Assembly: GCA_031459625.1 (NCBI GenBank)
Contig: JAVKIH010000002.1
Span: 169,272-233,271, forward strand
Length of the DNA: 64,000 bases
Direction of reading: 5' to 3'
From: Candidatus Geohabitans tengchongensis
GTDB taxonomy: Bacteria; Sysuimicrobiota; Sysuimicrobiia; Sysuimicrobiales; Humicultoraceae
This document shows positions 38,791 through 48,372 of the stretch, one piece after another; within the stretch, counting starts at the first letter, position 1, and every line of letters begins with the position of its first letter. The position numbers and the translations under genes are program-made. The notes beneath the pieces are model-generated. The model was not told where the DNA came from, made no database searches, and saw only the letters and a list, made by a program, of their open reading frames with translations.

Positions 38791-39444
38791 TCAGGCCTCC
38801 TCCCCCACCCCGGCCGGACGGGATCGGCGGTGCCGCCACACCTCCAGGGCCAGGGGGACCAGGGAGGCCGCGACGATGAGCAGCACCGCCACGCTGAAGT
38901 TGCGCTCCACCCAGGGGAGGGTGCCGAAGAGGTAGCCGCCGACCACGAAGAGGGCTACCCACACCACCCCGCCCGCGACGTTGTAGAGGAGAAAACGAGG
39001 GTAGGTCATCCGGCCGATGCCGGCCACGAAGGGGGCGAAGGTGCGCACCACCGGGACGAAGCGGGCCAGGATGATCGTGGCCGCCCCGTACTTCTCGTAG
39101 AACCGGTGCGTCCGCTCCAGGTGCTCCCGCCGGAAGAGGCGGGAGCGCTCTTGGCGGAAGACCCGCGGCCCCACGTGGTAGCCGGCCCAGTAGTTCACCG
39201 TGTCGCCGAGGATGGCAGCGGCCGCCAGCCCCACCAGCAGGACGCCCAGGTCGAGGGTGCCGCGCGCGGCGAAGGTGCCGAGCGCGAAGAGCAGCGAGTC
39301 GCCCGGCAGGAAGGGCGTGGCCACGAACCCGGTCTCGGCGAAGACCACCAGGAAGACGATGGCGTAGGTCCAGGTCCCGTAGGTGAGGAGGAGCGTGTCC
39401 AGGTGGCGGTCCAGGTGGAGGAGGTAGTCCAGCAGCGTCGTCAC
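38791..39444 (-). CDS. dedA: DedA family protein
   Basis: FAETG....PFLPGDSLLF, GDTVNY, ARFVPVVRTFAPFVAG. Confidence 0.95.
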   Translation of the reverse strand: MTTLLDYLLHLDRHLDTLLLTYGTWTYAIVFLVVFAETGFVATPFLPGDSLLFALGTFAARGTLDLGVLLVGLAAAAILGDTVNYWAGYHVGPRVFRQERSRLFRREHLERTHRFYEKYGAATIILARFVPVVRTFAPFVAGIGRMTYPRFLLYNVAGGVVWVALFVVGGYLFGTLPWVERNFSVAVLLIVAASLVPLALEVWRHRRSRPAGVGEEA

Positions 39445-39451
39445 GGTACGG

Positions 39452-40471
39452 TCATACCCCCATCCCTGGCCGCAGCCCCCCGGCGATCCCCGGCTCCGGG
39501 GCCCCGCCGCCCCCGCGCAGCCCTGCCAGGCGGGCCTGCCGGGCCTGCCGCCGCTCCGCCGCCGCCTGCCAGCGCCGCCGCTCCGCCGCCGTCCGGGGCT
39601 CGTAGGGCGGGAGCGGTGCCGGCCGCCCGTCGGGGCCCACGTGCACGGCGGTGAGGAAGGCGGTGCAGGTGTGGCGCAGCTCCCCCGTGCGCGGGTTCTC
39701 CGCCAGCACCTTTACGCCGATCTCCATGGAGGTGCGGCCGACATAGTTGATGGCCGTGCGGTAGGTGACGATCTCCCCCACGAAGATCGGCGCGTAGAAG
39801 TCGAGCGCGTCCAGGGAGGCGGTGACGACCGGCCCGCGGGCGTAGCGCACGGCCTGGATGGAGGCGCACTCGTCCAGCTGCTGCAGCAGCGTCCCGGCGA
39901 AGAGCATGTTCGCGCCGACGGCATCCTCGGGGAAGACCAGGCGGGAGACCTCGGCGGCGAAGCGCAGCTCCTCCGGCTCGGCGGCCACGTCCCGGGCGCG
40001 CTGGCGGCGGTCGGCCAGGCGTTGCATCCGCGCCGCCTTGCGGGCGCGGGCCCGCTCCGCCAGCTCCCGCTCCTCTGCGGTGGCCGGCTCCACCGCCGCC
40101 CCCACCGGCCGCGGCCGGCCGCCGTCGTCCACGGCCACGAGGACCAGGTGGGCCGTGGTGGCGCGGCGCCGCTCCCCGGTGCGCGGCTGCTCCGCCTCCA
40201 CCTCCACGCCCACCTCCATGGACGCCCGCCCCACGTGCTCCACCTGCGCCCGCAGGACCACCAGGTCGCCCACGCGCACCGGGGCGAGGAAGTCGAGGTC
40301 GTCCATGCTGCCGAGCACCACGTTGCCGCGGGCCAGCCGCATGGCCACCAGCGTGGCCGCCGAGGCGATCCAGGCCATCATCCGGCCGCCGAAGAGGTTG
40401 CCGTAGAGGTTGCCGTGCTCCGGCAGGACGAGGTGGACGACCTCCTGCCGGGTCTCGGCGATGGACGGCAT
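39452..40471 (-). CDS. Tandem double-hotdog acyl-CoA thioesterase
   Basis: Two repeats: N..GNLFGG...DFLAPV...GRASMEV and N.LFAG...DFYAPI...GRTSMEI. Confidence 0.9.
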   Translation of the reverse strand: MPSIAETRQEVVHLVLPEHGNLYGNLFGGRMMAWIASAATLVAMRLARGNVVLGSMDDLDFLAPVRVGDLVVLRAQVEHVGRASMEVGVEVEAEQPRTGERRRATTAHLVLVAVDDGGRPRPVGAAVEPATAEERELAERARARKAARMQRLADRRQRARDVAAEPEELRFAAEVSRLVFPEDAVGANMLFAGTLLQQLDECASIQAVRYARGPVVTASLDALDFYAPIFVGEIVTYRTAINYVGRTSMEIGVKVLAENPRTGELRHTCTAFLTAVHVGPDGRPAPLPPYEPRTAAERRRWQAAAERRQARQARLAGLRGGGGAPEPGIAGGLRPGMGV

Positions 40472-41859
40472 CAGGCAGGCCGCCCTGGGAGCCCTGCGCT
40501 GCCCAGCAGCTCCATGAAGCGGATCACCGTCTCGATCCCCTGGTAGAAGTTGGGCAGGTGGAACTTCTCGTTGGGGGCGTGCAGGTTGTCGTCCGGCAGC
40601 CCGAAGCCCATGAGCACCGCCGGGGCCTTCAGCGCGTTCACGAAGGCGGCCACCACCGGGACGCTGCCCCCCTCGCGCATGTAGACCGGCGGCCGGCCCA
40701 CCACCTCCTCGAGCGCCCGGGCGGCCAGGCGCACCGGTGGGGCGTCCGGCGAGACCTGCACGGGGTCGCCCAGCGACAGCGCCCGCACCTCGGTGCGCAC
40801 CCCCGGCGGGGTGAGCGCCTGCACCCGCCGGGTGAAGGCGCGCAGGATCGTCGCCGGGCGCTGCCGCGGCACCAGGCGCATGCTGATCTTCGCCACCGCC
40901 CGCGCGGGGATCACCGTCTTGGCGCCGGGGCCGGTGAAGCCGCCGGCGATGCCGTGCACCTCCAGCGTGGGGCGGACCCAGCGACGCTCCAAAATGGAGT
41001 ACCCGTCCTCGCCGGGGGCCGCGTCCACCCCGAGGTGCGCCAGGTAGGCCTGCTCGTCGAACCCCAGGCGCTCCCAGGCCTCCCGTTCCTCGGGGGCGGG
41101 CGGCTCCACCGCGGCGTAGTAGCGGGGGATGGTCACCCGTCCCCGCCGGTCCTTCAGCCCGGCGACGATGCGCGCCAGCGCCTCGACGGGATTGGGGGCC
41201 GCGCCACCGTACTGGCCGGAGTGGAGGTCGTGGCGCGCGCCCCGCGCTTCGACCTCCGTGTAGATCAGCCCGCGCAGCCCGGTCACGAGCGCCGGAACAC
41301 CCGGGGCCCAGTACTGCCCGTCGCAGACCAGCGCCGCGTCGGCGGCCAGCTGCCGGCGGTGGCGCGGCACGTACTCCACCACCCGCGGGCTGCCGATCTC
41401 CTCCTCGCCTTCGATGAAGACCTTCACGTTCACGGGTAGGGTCCCCGTGGCGCGCAGCAGCGACTCGATGGCGAAGAGCTGCAGCATCAGCTGCCCCTTG
41501 TCGTCCGACGCCCCCCGCGCGTAGAGATCCTCCCCGCGCACGGTGGGCTCGAAGGGCGGCGTCTCCCACAGCTCCAGCGGGTCGGGCGGCTGGACGTCGT
41601 AGTGGCCGTAGCACAGCAGTGTGGGCCTGCCCTCGGCGCCCAGCCACTCGCCGTAGACGATGGGGTGGTCGCCGCTCGGGATCACGCGCGCGCTGAAGCC
41701 CAGGTCGGCCAGGCGGTGGCACAGCCAGGCGGCGGCGCGTTCCAGGTCGGGACGGTGCTCGGGGAGCGTGCTGACGGTGGGGATGCGGATGAGGTCCTTC
41801 AGCTCCTCCAGGAACCGGGCGCGGTGCTCTCGGGCGTAGGCTCGGGCGTCCGTGACCAT
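40471..41859 (-). CDS. M20 family dipeptidase
   Basis: YGHYDVQP, RGASDDKGQ, EGEEEIGS, DLHSG.YGG, HAPNE. Confidence 0.94.
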   Translation of the reverse strand: MVTDARAYAREHRARFLEELKDLIRIPTVSTLPEHRPDLERAAAWLCHRLADLGFSARVIPSGDHPIVYGEWLGAEGRPTLLCYGHYDVQPPDPLELWETPPFEPTVRGEDLYARGASDDKGQLMLQLFAIESLLRATGTLPVNVKVFIEGEEEIGSPRVVEYVPRHRRQLAADAALVCDGQYWAPGVPALVTGLRGLIYTEVEARGARHDLHSGQYGGAAPNPVEALARIVAGLKDRRGRVTIPRYYAAVEPPAPEEREAWERLGFDEQAYLAHLGVDAAPGEDGYSILERRWVRPTLEVHGIAGGFTGPGAKTVIPARAVAKISMRLVPRQRPATILRAFTRRVQALTPPGVRTEVRALSLGDPVQVSPDAPPVRLAARALEEVVGRPPVYMREGGSVPVVAAFVNALKAPAVLMGFGLPDDNLHAPNEKFHLPNFYQGIETVIRFMELLGSAGLPGRPA

Positions 41860-42009
41860 CGTGACCTCCGGGTCGGACTGAGATGCGGAGCCGGCGACGG
41901 GCCGGCCGCCCCTGGAACCGTGGGCCACAGGGGAGTTCGCTGGAGGGGCGGGTTGCCCTCCCCGTCAGGGCAGGGTGACCCGCCTCGTCAAAGCGGGTGC
42001 CTCGACCTT

Positions 42010-42906
42010 TCAGGCCCGCAGGACCGTGCGCGGGTCGAGCGCGTCGCGCAGCCCGTCCCCGAGTAGGTTGAAGGCCATCACCGCCAGGAAGATCGCCAGC
42101 CCCGGGAAGGTGGCGATGAACCAGTAGGAGAGCAGGTAGGTCTGCCCTTCACCCAGCATTGTCCCCCACTCCGGGGTGGGCGGCCGGACGCCCAGGCCGA
42201 GGAAGCCCAACCCGGCGGCCGTCAGGATGGCGGTGCCCAGCTGGAGCGTGGACTGGACGATCACGGGCGCGACCGAGTTGGGCAGCACGTGCCGCGCCAG
42301 GACCCGCCACTCGGGAGCGCCGAGCGCCCGGGCCGCCTCGATGAACGTCTCCTCCCGCAGGGAGAGGGTGACCCCCCGCACCAGCCGGACGTAGACGGGG
42401 ACCGCCGCCACCGCCACCGAGACCACGACGTTCGTCACCCCGACCCCCAGCACGGCGATGAGGGTGAGGGCCAGGAGGAAGCCGGGGAAGGCCAGGAGCA
42501 GGTCGATGATGCGCTGGACCGCCATGTCTACCATGCCGCCGAAGTAGCCCGAGACCAGGCCGATGGGCACACCCACCGCAGCAGCCAGGAGCACGGCGAG
42601 CAGGCCGATGAGCAGCGAGAGGCGTCCGCCATAGGCGACCCGGGTGAGGATGTCGCGGCCGAGCTGGTCGGTCCCCATCGGGTGGGGCCACGACGGCGGC
42701 TGGAGTACCCGGGTGAAGTCGGCCTCGTTGGGGTCGGCGGGCAGCACCACTGGCGCCAGGACAGACGCGCCGAAGAGGCCCAGCAGGATGACGAGCCCGG
42801 CCACCGCCGTGCGCCGGCGCCGCAGCCTGACCCAGGCTCCCCGGGCCGGAGCGGGACGCACCAGCAGCAGGGGGAGGTCACTCGTAGCGAATCCGCGGGT
42901 CGACAT
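42010..42906 (-). CDS. Peptide ABC permease (DppC-like), second copy
   Basis: GTDQLGRD, FIEAARALGA, HVLPN, FNLLGDGLRDALDP; start uncertain. Confidence 0.93.
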   Translation of the reverse strand: MSTRGFATSDLPLLLVRPAPARGAWVRLRRRRTAVAGLVILLGLFGASVLAPVVLPADPNEADFTRVLQPPSWPHPMGTDQLGRDILTRVAYGGRLSLLIGLLAVLLAAAVGVPIGLVSGYFGGMVDMAVQRIIDLLLAFPGFLLALTLIAVLGVGVTNVVVSVAVAAVPVYVRLVRGVTLSLREETFIEAARALGAPEWRVLARHVLPNSVAPVIVQSTLQLGTAILTAAGLGFLGLGVRPPTPEWGTMLGEGQTYLLSYWFIATFPGLAIFLAVMAFNLLGDGLRDALDPRTVLRA

Positions 42907-43798
42907 AGGCGTAGAGCACGTCCACGGTTAGGTTGACCAGGACGAAGGCGAGGGCGAAGAGGAGCACGATCCCCTGGATGACCGGATAGTCCCGCGCAGT
43001 GATCGCCGAGACCAGCAGCCGGCCGATCCCCGGCCAGGCGAAGGTGGTCTCCGTGAGCACGGCACCGCCGAGGAGCGCACCGAACTGGAGGCCGACGACC
43101 GTGATCACCGGGATGAGGGCGTTGCGCAGCGCGTGCCGCGTCACCACCTGCCGCGGCGGGAGTCCCTTGGCCCGGGCGGTGCGCACAAAGTCCATGCCCA
43201 GGGTCTCCAGCAGGCTGCCGCGCGTCATGCGGGCGATGATGGCGGTGGAGAAGGCGGCCAGGGTCAGCGACGGGAGGATCAGGTGGGCCGGTCCGCCGTA
43301 GCCGCCTGCGGGCAGCCAGCGCAGCCGCACGGCGAACAGCAGCATGAGCATGATCCCCAGCCAGAAGACCGGGACGGAGACGCCGACGAGTGCCGCCACC
43401 ATCACCGCGTAGTCCAGCGGCGAGTTGGCGGTGGTGGCGGAGACGATCCCGGCGACCAGGCCGAAGAGCGTGGCCAGCGCCGTGCTGGTCACCGCCAGGG
43501 TCACCGTGGCCCGCAGCCGGCTGCCGATCTCCGCCGCCACCGGCGTGCGAGTGGCGGCGGAGATCCCGAGGTCGCCCCGCAGGGCCGCGCCCAGGAAGCG
43601 CAGGTACTGCTCGTGCAGGGGCCGGTGGAGGCCCAGCTCCACGCGCAGCCGCGCCACCTCCTCCTCCGTCGCCAGCAGACCGGCGATGAGACGGGCTGGG
43701 TCGCCGGGGATGAGCCGGACCATGAGGAAGATGACGACAGTGACGCCGAGCAGCGTCGGCACCGCGTAGAGCAGGCGGCGGAGGATGTACCGACCCAG
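42878..43798 (-). CDS. Peptide ABC permease (DppB-like), second copy (probable CTG start)
   Basis: (L)GRYILRRLLYAVPTLLGV aligns with MWRYIVKRLLLTVPVLFGV of the paralogue; DFVRTARAKG, RDYPVIQG. Confidence 0.9.
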   Translation of the reverse strand: MGRYILRRLLYAVPTLLGVTVVIFLMVRLIPGDPARLIAGLLATEEEVARLRVELGLHRPLHEQYLRFLGAALRGDLGISAATRTPVAAEIGSRLRATVTLAVTSTALATLFGLVAGIVSATTANSPLDYAVMVAALVGVSVPVFWLGIMLMLLFAVRLRWLPAGGYGGPAHLILPSLTLAAFSTAIIARMTRGSLLETLGMDFVRTARAKGLPPRQVVTRHALRNALIPVITVVGLQFGALLGGAVLTETTFAWPGIGRLLVSAITARDYPVIQGIVLLFALAFVLVNLTVDVLYAYVDPRIRYE

Positions 43799-43884
43799 GA
43801 CCGGTCCCCCTCATGCCCGGACGGTGCGGGAAGGCGGGCCGCGGCGGCGCCCGCGAACCGACTGTCGCGGTGGCGTCCGGGCGG

Positions 43885-45444
43885 CTACTGCCAGGTGGCG
43901 TGGATGGCGTCCCACTTCTCGATCGGGGTGATGCTGACACCGCGCAGGTTCTTCACCGTGGCCACGTACCACTTCTGCGTCCACAGGAAGATCCAGGGCG
44001 CCTCGTTCCAGATGATCGTCTGGGCCTCTCGGTAGAGCGCCTTGCGCCGCTCCTGGTCGACGATGGTGCGCGCCTCCTCCAGGAGGGCGTCCACCCGGGC
44101 GTTCCGGTAGAAGGCCGGGGCCAGCCCGCGGTTCGGGTGCTGGGAGGAGTGGAACTGCCCGAAGAGCACCCCGTCGCAGTCCAGGACCACCCAGGCCCAC
44201 CCCAGCACCAGCATCTGGAGGCGGGTCCGCTCAGGCGGCTGGGTGATCTCGGCCACGTAGCTCGGCCAGTCCATGGTGGCGACGTTGGCCCGGATCCCCA
44301 CGTTGCGCAGCTGGGCCGCGATGGCCTGGGCGAACTGGAAGTCCTGGATGTAGCGGCCCGTGGGTGTGAGGAAGGTGACCTCGAACCCGTTCCCAACGCC
44401 CGCCTCGCGCAGGAGTTGCTTCGCCTTGATCGGGTTGAAGGGCCACCCGCCCGGCTGGACCGGGTGGTGGCCGAACATCATGCCGGGGCAGGGGGAGTCG
44501 GCCACCGTGCCCAGGTCGAAGAGCACGCTGCTCAGGATGGCCTTCTTGTTCACGGCGTAGTTCATCGCCTGCCGGACGCGGGCGTCCTTGAACGGCCCCC
44601 ACTGCGTGTTCATGGCGACGAAGATGATCCGGTCGGTGGGAGCGACCACCATGGTGACGTTGGGGTGCTCGCGGAGCCGCCGCACGTCGGGGGCCGGCGG
44701 CAGCATGGCCATGTGCACGTCGCCGGCGAGCAACATGGCCTCCCGCGCCCCGGCGTCGGGGACGATGCGGAACATCACCTCTTCGAAGACCGGCCGCGGG
44801 CCCCAGTAGTTGGGGTTCCGGGTGACGAGGATGTGGGTGCCGCGCACCCACTCCTTGAACATGTAGGGGCCCGTGCCGGCACCGGTGGCGTCGCGGGTGA
44901 GGTTGGCCGCGCCGATGCGCTGGGCCGCGGTAGGCGAGATGATCGCGGTGGTGGTGTAGGTGAGGTTGGTCAGGAGCGTGGGGCTGGGCTTGCTGAGGAC
45001 CAGGCGGACGGTCTGGGGGGTCGGCGTCTGGACCTCCTCGATGGCGTCGATCAGGAAGCGCGTGGGGACCCGAGTCCTGGGATCCAGCAGGCGCTCCAGG
45101 GTGAACTTGACCGCCTCGGCGGTGAGCGGCGTGCCGTCGTGGAAACGCACGCCGCTGCGCAGGGTGAAGGTGTAGGTGAGGCCGTCGCGGCTCACCTGCC
45201 AGCGCGTGGCCAGGTGGGGGACGACCCTGTTCTCCCTGTAGTCGTAGGCGACCAGGGTCTCGTAGATGTAGTCGACCATGTTGGCCACAGTCGTCGTGGT
45301 CTGCCCCGCGGGGTCGAGCGTGTCGGCGTCGATCCCCACGGCGATCCGGAGCGTCCTCGGCGGCGCCTGCGCCTGCGCCGGAGGGGAAGCCAATGCGGCC
45401 AGGACCACGCAGAGGAGCAGGACACCGTGCAGACGTCCTCGCAT
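43885..45444 (-). CDS. Family 5 ABC substrate-binding protein, second copy
   Basis: Signal peptide; VRFHDGTPL, GTGPY, VRQAMNYAVNK, EAPWIFL. Confidence 0.93.
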   Translation of the reverse strand: MRGRLHGVLLLCVVLAALASPPAQAQAPPRTLRIAVGIDADTLDPAGQTTTTVANMVDYIYETLVAYDYRENRVVPHLATRWQVSRDGLTYTFTLRSGVRFHDGTPLTAEAVKFTLERLLDPRTRVPTRFLIDAIEEVQTPTPQTVRLVLSKPSPTLLTNLTYTTTAIISPTAAQRIGAANLTRDATGAGTGPYMFKEWVRGTHILVTRNPNYWGPRPVFEEVMFRIVPDAGAREAMLLAGDVHMAMLPPAPDVRRLREHPNVTMVVAPTDRIIFVAMNTQWGPFKDARVRQAMNYAVNKKAILSSVLFDLGTVADSPCPGMMFGHHPVQPGGWPFNPIKAKQLLREAGVGNGFEVTFLTPTGRYIQDFQFAQAIAAQLRNVGIRANVATMDWPSYVAEITQPPERTRLQMLVLGWAWVVLDCDGVLFGQFHSSQHPNRGLAPAFYRNARVDALLEEARTIVDQERRKALYREAQTIIWNEAPWIFLWTQKWYVATVKNLRGVSITPIEKWDAIHATWQ

Positions 45445-45644
45445 CGGTCCACCTCCCGCGGCCCGCTGCGGGCCGGCCCGCCCGGGCCGGGATGACTCCG
45501 CTGCGCTAATACGTGAAACCGCGAAGCGCTCCCTGCCCGCTGCCCATACCGGCCTCCCCGGCCCTGCGGCAGGCTCCCGCCGTTGGGACCGGCGGGCACG
45601 ACAGGGGGACGGTGCCACCGGCCGGCCGCGCCGTGGCTGCGCCG

Positions 45645-46229
45645 TCACGGCGGGCGCAGCACGGCGGCGATCCGGATGAGGATGAGGTCCTCGGCCACGA
45701 AGATGAGGAAGCGCGGGACCGGCAGGCCGAACTCCGTGAAGCGGACGGTGGTCTCGCCCTGCGCCGCGTACCCCGCCCCCGTCAGGCGGACCGTCAGGGG
45801 GATCACCACCTCCCGGCTGACGGTGCGCACGGTGAGGCGCCCGCGCAGCGTCGCCGGGAAAGGCTCTCCACTCACCCGCTCGGCGGTCGCCGTCCCCTCA
45901 AAGCGGATGAAGGGGAACTCCCGGGTGTGCAGGAAGGTGGCGCCGCGCATCTGCGCGTCGCGCAGGGAGGCGCCTGTGCGGATGGTGCGGGCGTCGACCC
46001 GTGCCTCGACGGTGGCTGTGTAGCCGCCGTCCACCGCGCGGACGACGACGGTCCCGCTCACCTGGTCGGTCTCTCCGCTGAACCCCCCGCGGTTGTCCCG
46101 CACGTGGAAGGTGACCCGGCTCTCCCCCGGCACCACGACGAACGTCCCGGTGGGCAGGGCGAGCTGCACCACCCAGGCCAGCAGCCCCAGGAGGACCATG
46201 CGCATCCGGCTCTCCCTCCTCCCGACCAT
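45645..46229 (-). CDS. YceI family protein
   Basis: ESRVTF, IRTG...RD, FPFIRF, GRLTVR.V; start may be near 46205. Confidence 0.85.
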   Translation of the reverse strand: MVGRRESRMRMVLLGLLAWVVQLALPTGTFVVVPGESRVTFHVRDNRGGFSGETDQVSGTVVVRAVDGGYTATVEARVDARTIRTGASLRDAQMRGATFLHTREFPFIRFEGTATAERVSGEPFPATLRGRLTVRTVSREVVIPLTVRLTGAGYAAQGETTVRFTEFGLPVPRFLIFVAEDLILIRIAAVLRPP

Positions 46230-46296
46230 CGTGCCCCGCCCGTGTCACGGGAGCGTGGCGCCGTACCAGAGGCGTTCGTGGGAGAATAGATGGGCC

Positions 46297-47208
46297 ATGC
46301 GCCTCTGGCTCACGCGCCTGGGCGACGCCCGCGCCCGGCAGGGGGCCGCCCGTCTCCTCGCCGCTGGCTGTGCCCTGGGCTTCCTGGTCACGATGGCCGT
46401 CCTGCAGGTCACGGGACGGGGAGGCGAGCGCTGGGTCTTCGTGCTGATCGTCTGGGGCGCGCTCGTCTTCCTGCCTCTCTGGCTGGTCCTCCAGGCCTTC
46501 CAGACCCTCGGCCCGGCGCTGCGGGGGTACGCCGCCGCGGCCCTGGCGACCCGGGAGGACCGCTACGCCCGCCCCGGCAGTGTCGCGATCGTGGTGGAGG
46601 AGCTCTTCGCGCGCACCGTGGTGATGCCGCGCATCGCCACCCCCGCGCAGGCGGCCCGGGCCCGAGAGGGCGCGGTGGCGCTGGTGGCCCGGGCGGCCCG
46701 GCACGACGACCTCCTCGGCGCACTGCACCGGGCCACCGCCCGCTGCGCCCTCGGGGTGGACGCGTGGGTGCGCGAGGTTGGGCGGTGGGCGGAGGTGGAG
46801 GCGGCGGACAGCATCCAGGCCCGCTGGAGCCAGACACGCGCCCTGGCTGCGCTGGCTGCCCTGACCCGGACGTTGCTGGCCGTCTACGAGGATGTCGCCG
46901 CCGACCGGCTGGGCCCAATGGGCCGGCCGCTCGCCGCCCGGGGCTTCGACGGGCGCTCCCTGGCCGCCTTCCTCGACGCGGCCCTGGACTACTGCGACGA
47001 CCTCTCCCTGGAGGTGGAGGTCCCGCGCTGGGAGGAGCCTCCGCTGGCGCTGGCCCCGCCGCCGGTGAGCGCAGACCCCGAGGCGGTGCGCACGGCCTGG
47101 CAGGCCTACGCCGACGCCCCCGACCCCAGTCGCGCCGCGCTGGACGGGTTCCTGCGCACCGTCCTCCCTGAGCGGGAGCGCTCCCTCCGGGGGCTGTCGG
47201 TCAGCTGA
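46297..47208 (+). CDS. Hypothetical membrane protein (two N-terminal TM helices)
   Basis: Coding-like codon usage; fills the gap between yceI and ocd; no family recognised. Confidence 0.7.
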   Translation: MRLWLTRLGDARARQGAARLLAAGCALGFLVTMAVLQVTGRGGERWVFVLIVWGALVFLPLWLVLQAFQTLGPALRGYAAAALATREDRYARPGSVAIVVEELFARTVVMPRIATPAQAARAREGAVALVARAARHDDLLGALHRATARCALGVDAWVREVGRWAEVEAADSIQARWSQTRALAALAALTRTLLAVYEDVAADRLGPMGRPLAARGFDGRSLAAFLDAALDYCDDLSLEVEVPRWEEPPLALAPPPVSADPEAVRTAWQAYADAPDPSRAALDGFLRTVLPERERSLRGLSVS

Positions 47209-47418
47209 GTTAGGGCCTCGGCCGGCGGGCGTGCCCGGCGGAGCGACCAGCTCGGTCCGGGCCGAGTTCCGTTCGGCTCCTCCGCGCTGCCATCCGTGCC
47301 ATCCCGGCGCACCGTCGACCACCTCTGCGCCAGGCCCGCCACTTGGGCCTCGTACCCGTTTGCCTGGCGCGCACCGCAGTGGCCCACGAGAGCGCAGGGC
47401 GATGGTATGCTGGAGGCC

Positions 47419-48372
47419 GTGGCGCTCTACCTCCGCGAGGCCGACGTCGCCTCGCTCGTCACCCTGGACGACGTCATCGACACCGTGGAACGCGCCTTCG
47501 CCGAGGCGGCCGCCGGGCGGGCCGTCAACCGTCCGCGCCAGCGCGTCCAGGTCGAAGGCGGGGTGCTGCACGTCATGGCGGCGGGCCTGCCGGACTGGGG
47601 GGTGCTGGGCCTGAAGTCCTATGCCACCACCCGCGGGGGGCGCCGCTTCATCGGCCTGCTCTACGACCTCTACGACGGCCGGCTGCTAGCGATGATGGAG
47701 GCCGACACCCTGGGCCAGCTGCGCACCGGTGCCGCCAGCGCCGTCGCCACCAAGTACCTGGCCCGCCCCGGGGCGGGCACCCTCGGCCTCATCGGCACCG
47801 GGTGGCAGGCCCGCTCCCAGGCGGCGGCGATCGCCCGCGTGCGCCCCATCGCCCTGGTCAAGGCGTACAGCCGCACGCCGGAGCGGCGCGAGGCCTTCGC
47901 CGAGGAGATGACCGCCGAGCTGGGGGCCCAGGTGGTGGCCGTCGACTCCCCGGAGGAGGCTGTGCGCGACGCGGACATCGTCACCACCATCACCTCGGCC
48001 CGCGACCCGGTGGTGCAGGGGGCGTGGCTGCGCCCGGGCGTGCACGTGAACGCCGCCGGCGCCAACGCCCTGCCGCGCCGCGAGATCGACACCGGCGTGG
48101 TGACGCGCGCCGCCCGCATCGTCGTGGATTCCCTTGAGCAGGCCCGGCTGGAGGCGGCCGAGCTGACGGTACCGGTCGAAGACGGGCTGCTCACCTGGGA
48201 GCGGGTGGCCGAGCTGGCCGAGGTGGTGGGGGGGCAGGTCCCGGGGCGCCGGGACCCCGAGGAGATCACGCTCTTCAAGTCGCTGGGCATCGCGCTCGAG
48301 GACGTGGCCACCATGCACCTGGTCTACCGGCGCGCCCGCGAGCGCGGCGTGGGGGAGGAGATCGGCCGGTGA
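47419..48372 (+). CDS. Ornithine cyclodeaminase / mu-crystallin family protein
   Basis: RTGAASAVA, IGTGWQA, HVNAAGAN, LFKSLGIALEDVA; start 47407 or 47419. Confidence 0.93.
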   Translation: MALYLREADVASLVTLDDVIDTVERAFAEAAAGRAVNRPRQRVQVEGGVLHVMAAGLPDWGVLGLKSYATTRGGRRFIGLLYDLYDGRLLAMMEADTLGQLRTGAASAVATKYLARPGAGTLGLIGTGWQARSQAAAIARVRPIALVKAYSRTPERREAFAEEMTAELGAQVVAVDSPEEAVRDADIVTTITSARDPVVQGAWLRPGVHVNAAGANALPRREIDTGVVTRAARIVVDSLEQARLEAAELTVPVEDGLLTWERVAELAEVVGGQVPGRRDPEEITLFKSLGIALEDVATMHLVYRRARERGVGEEIGR

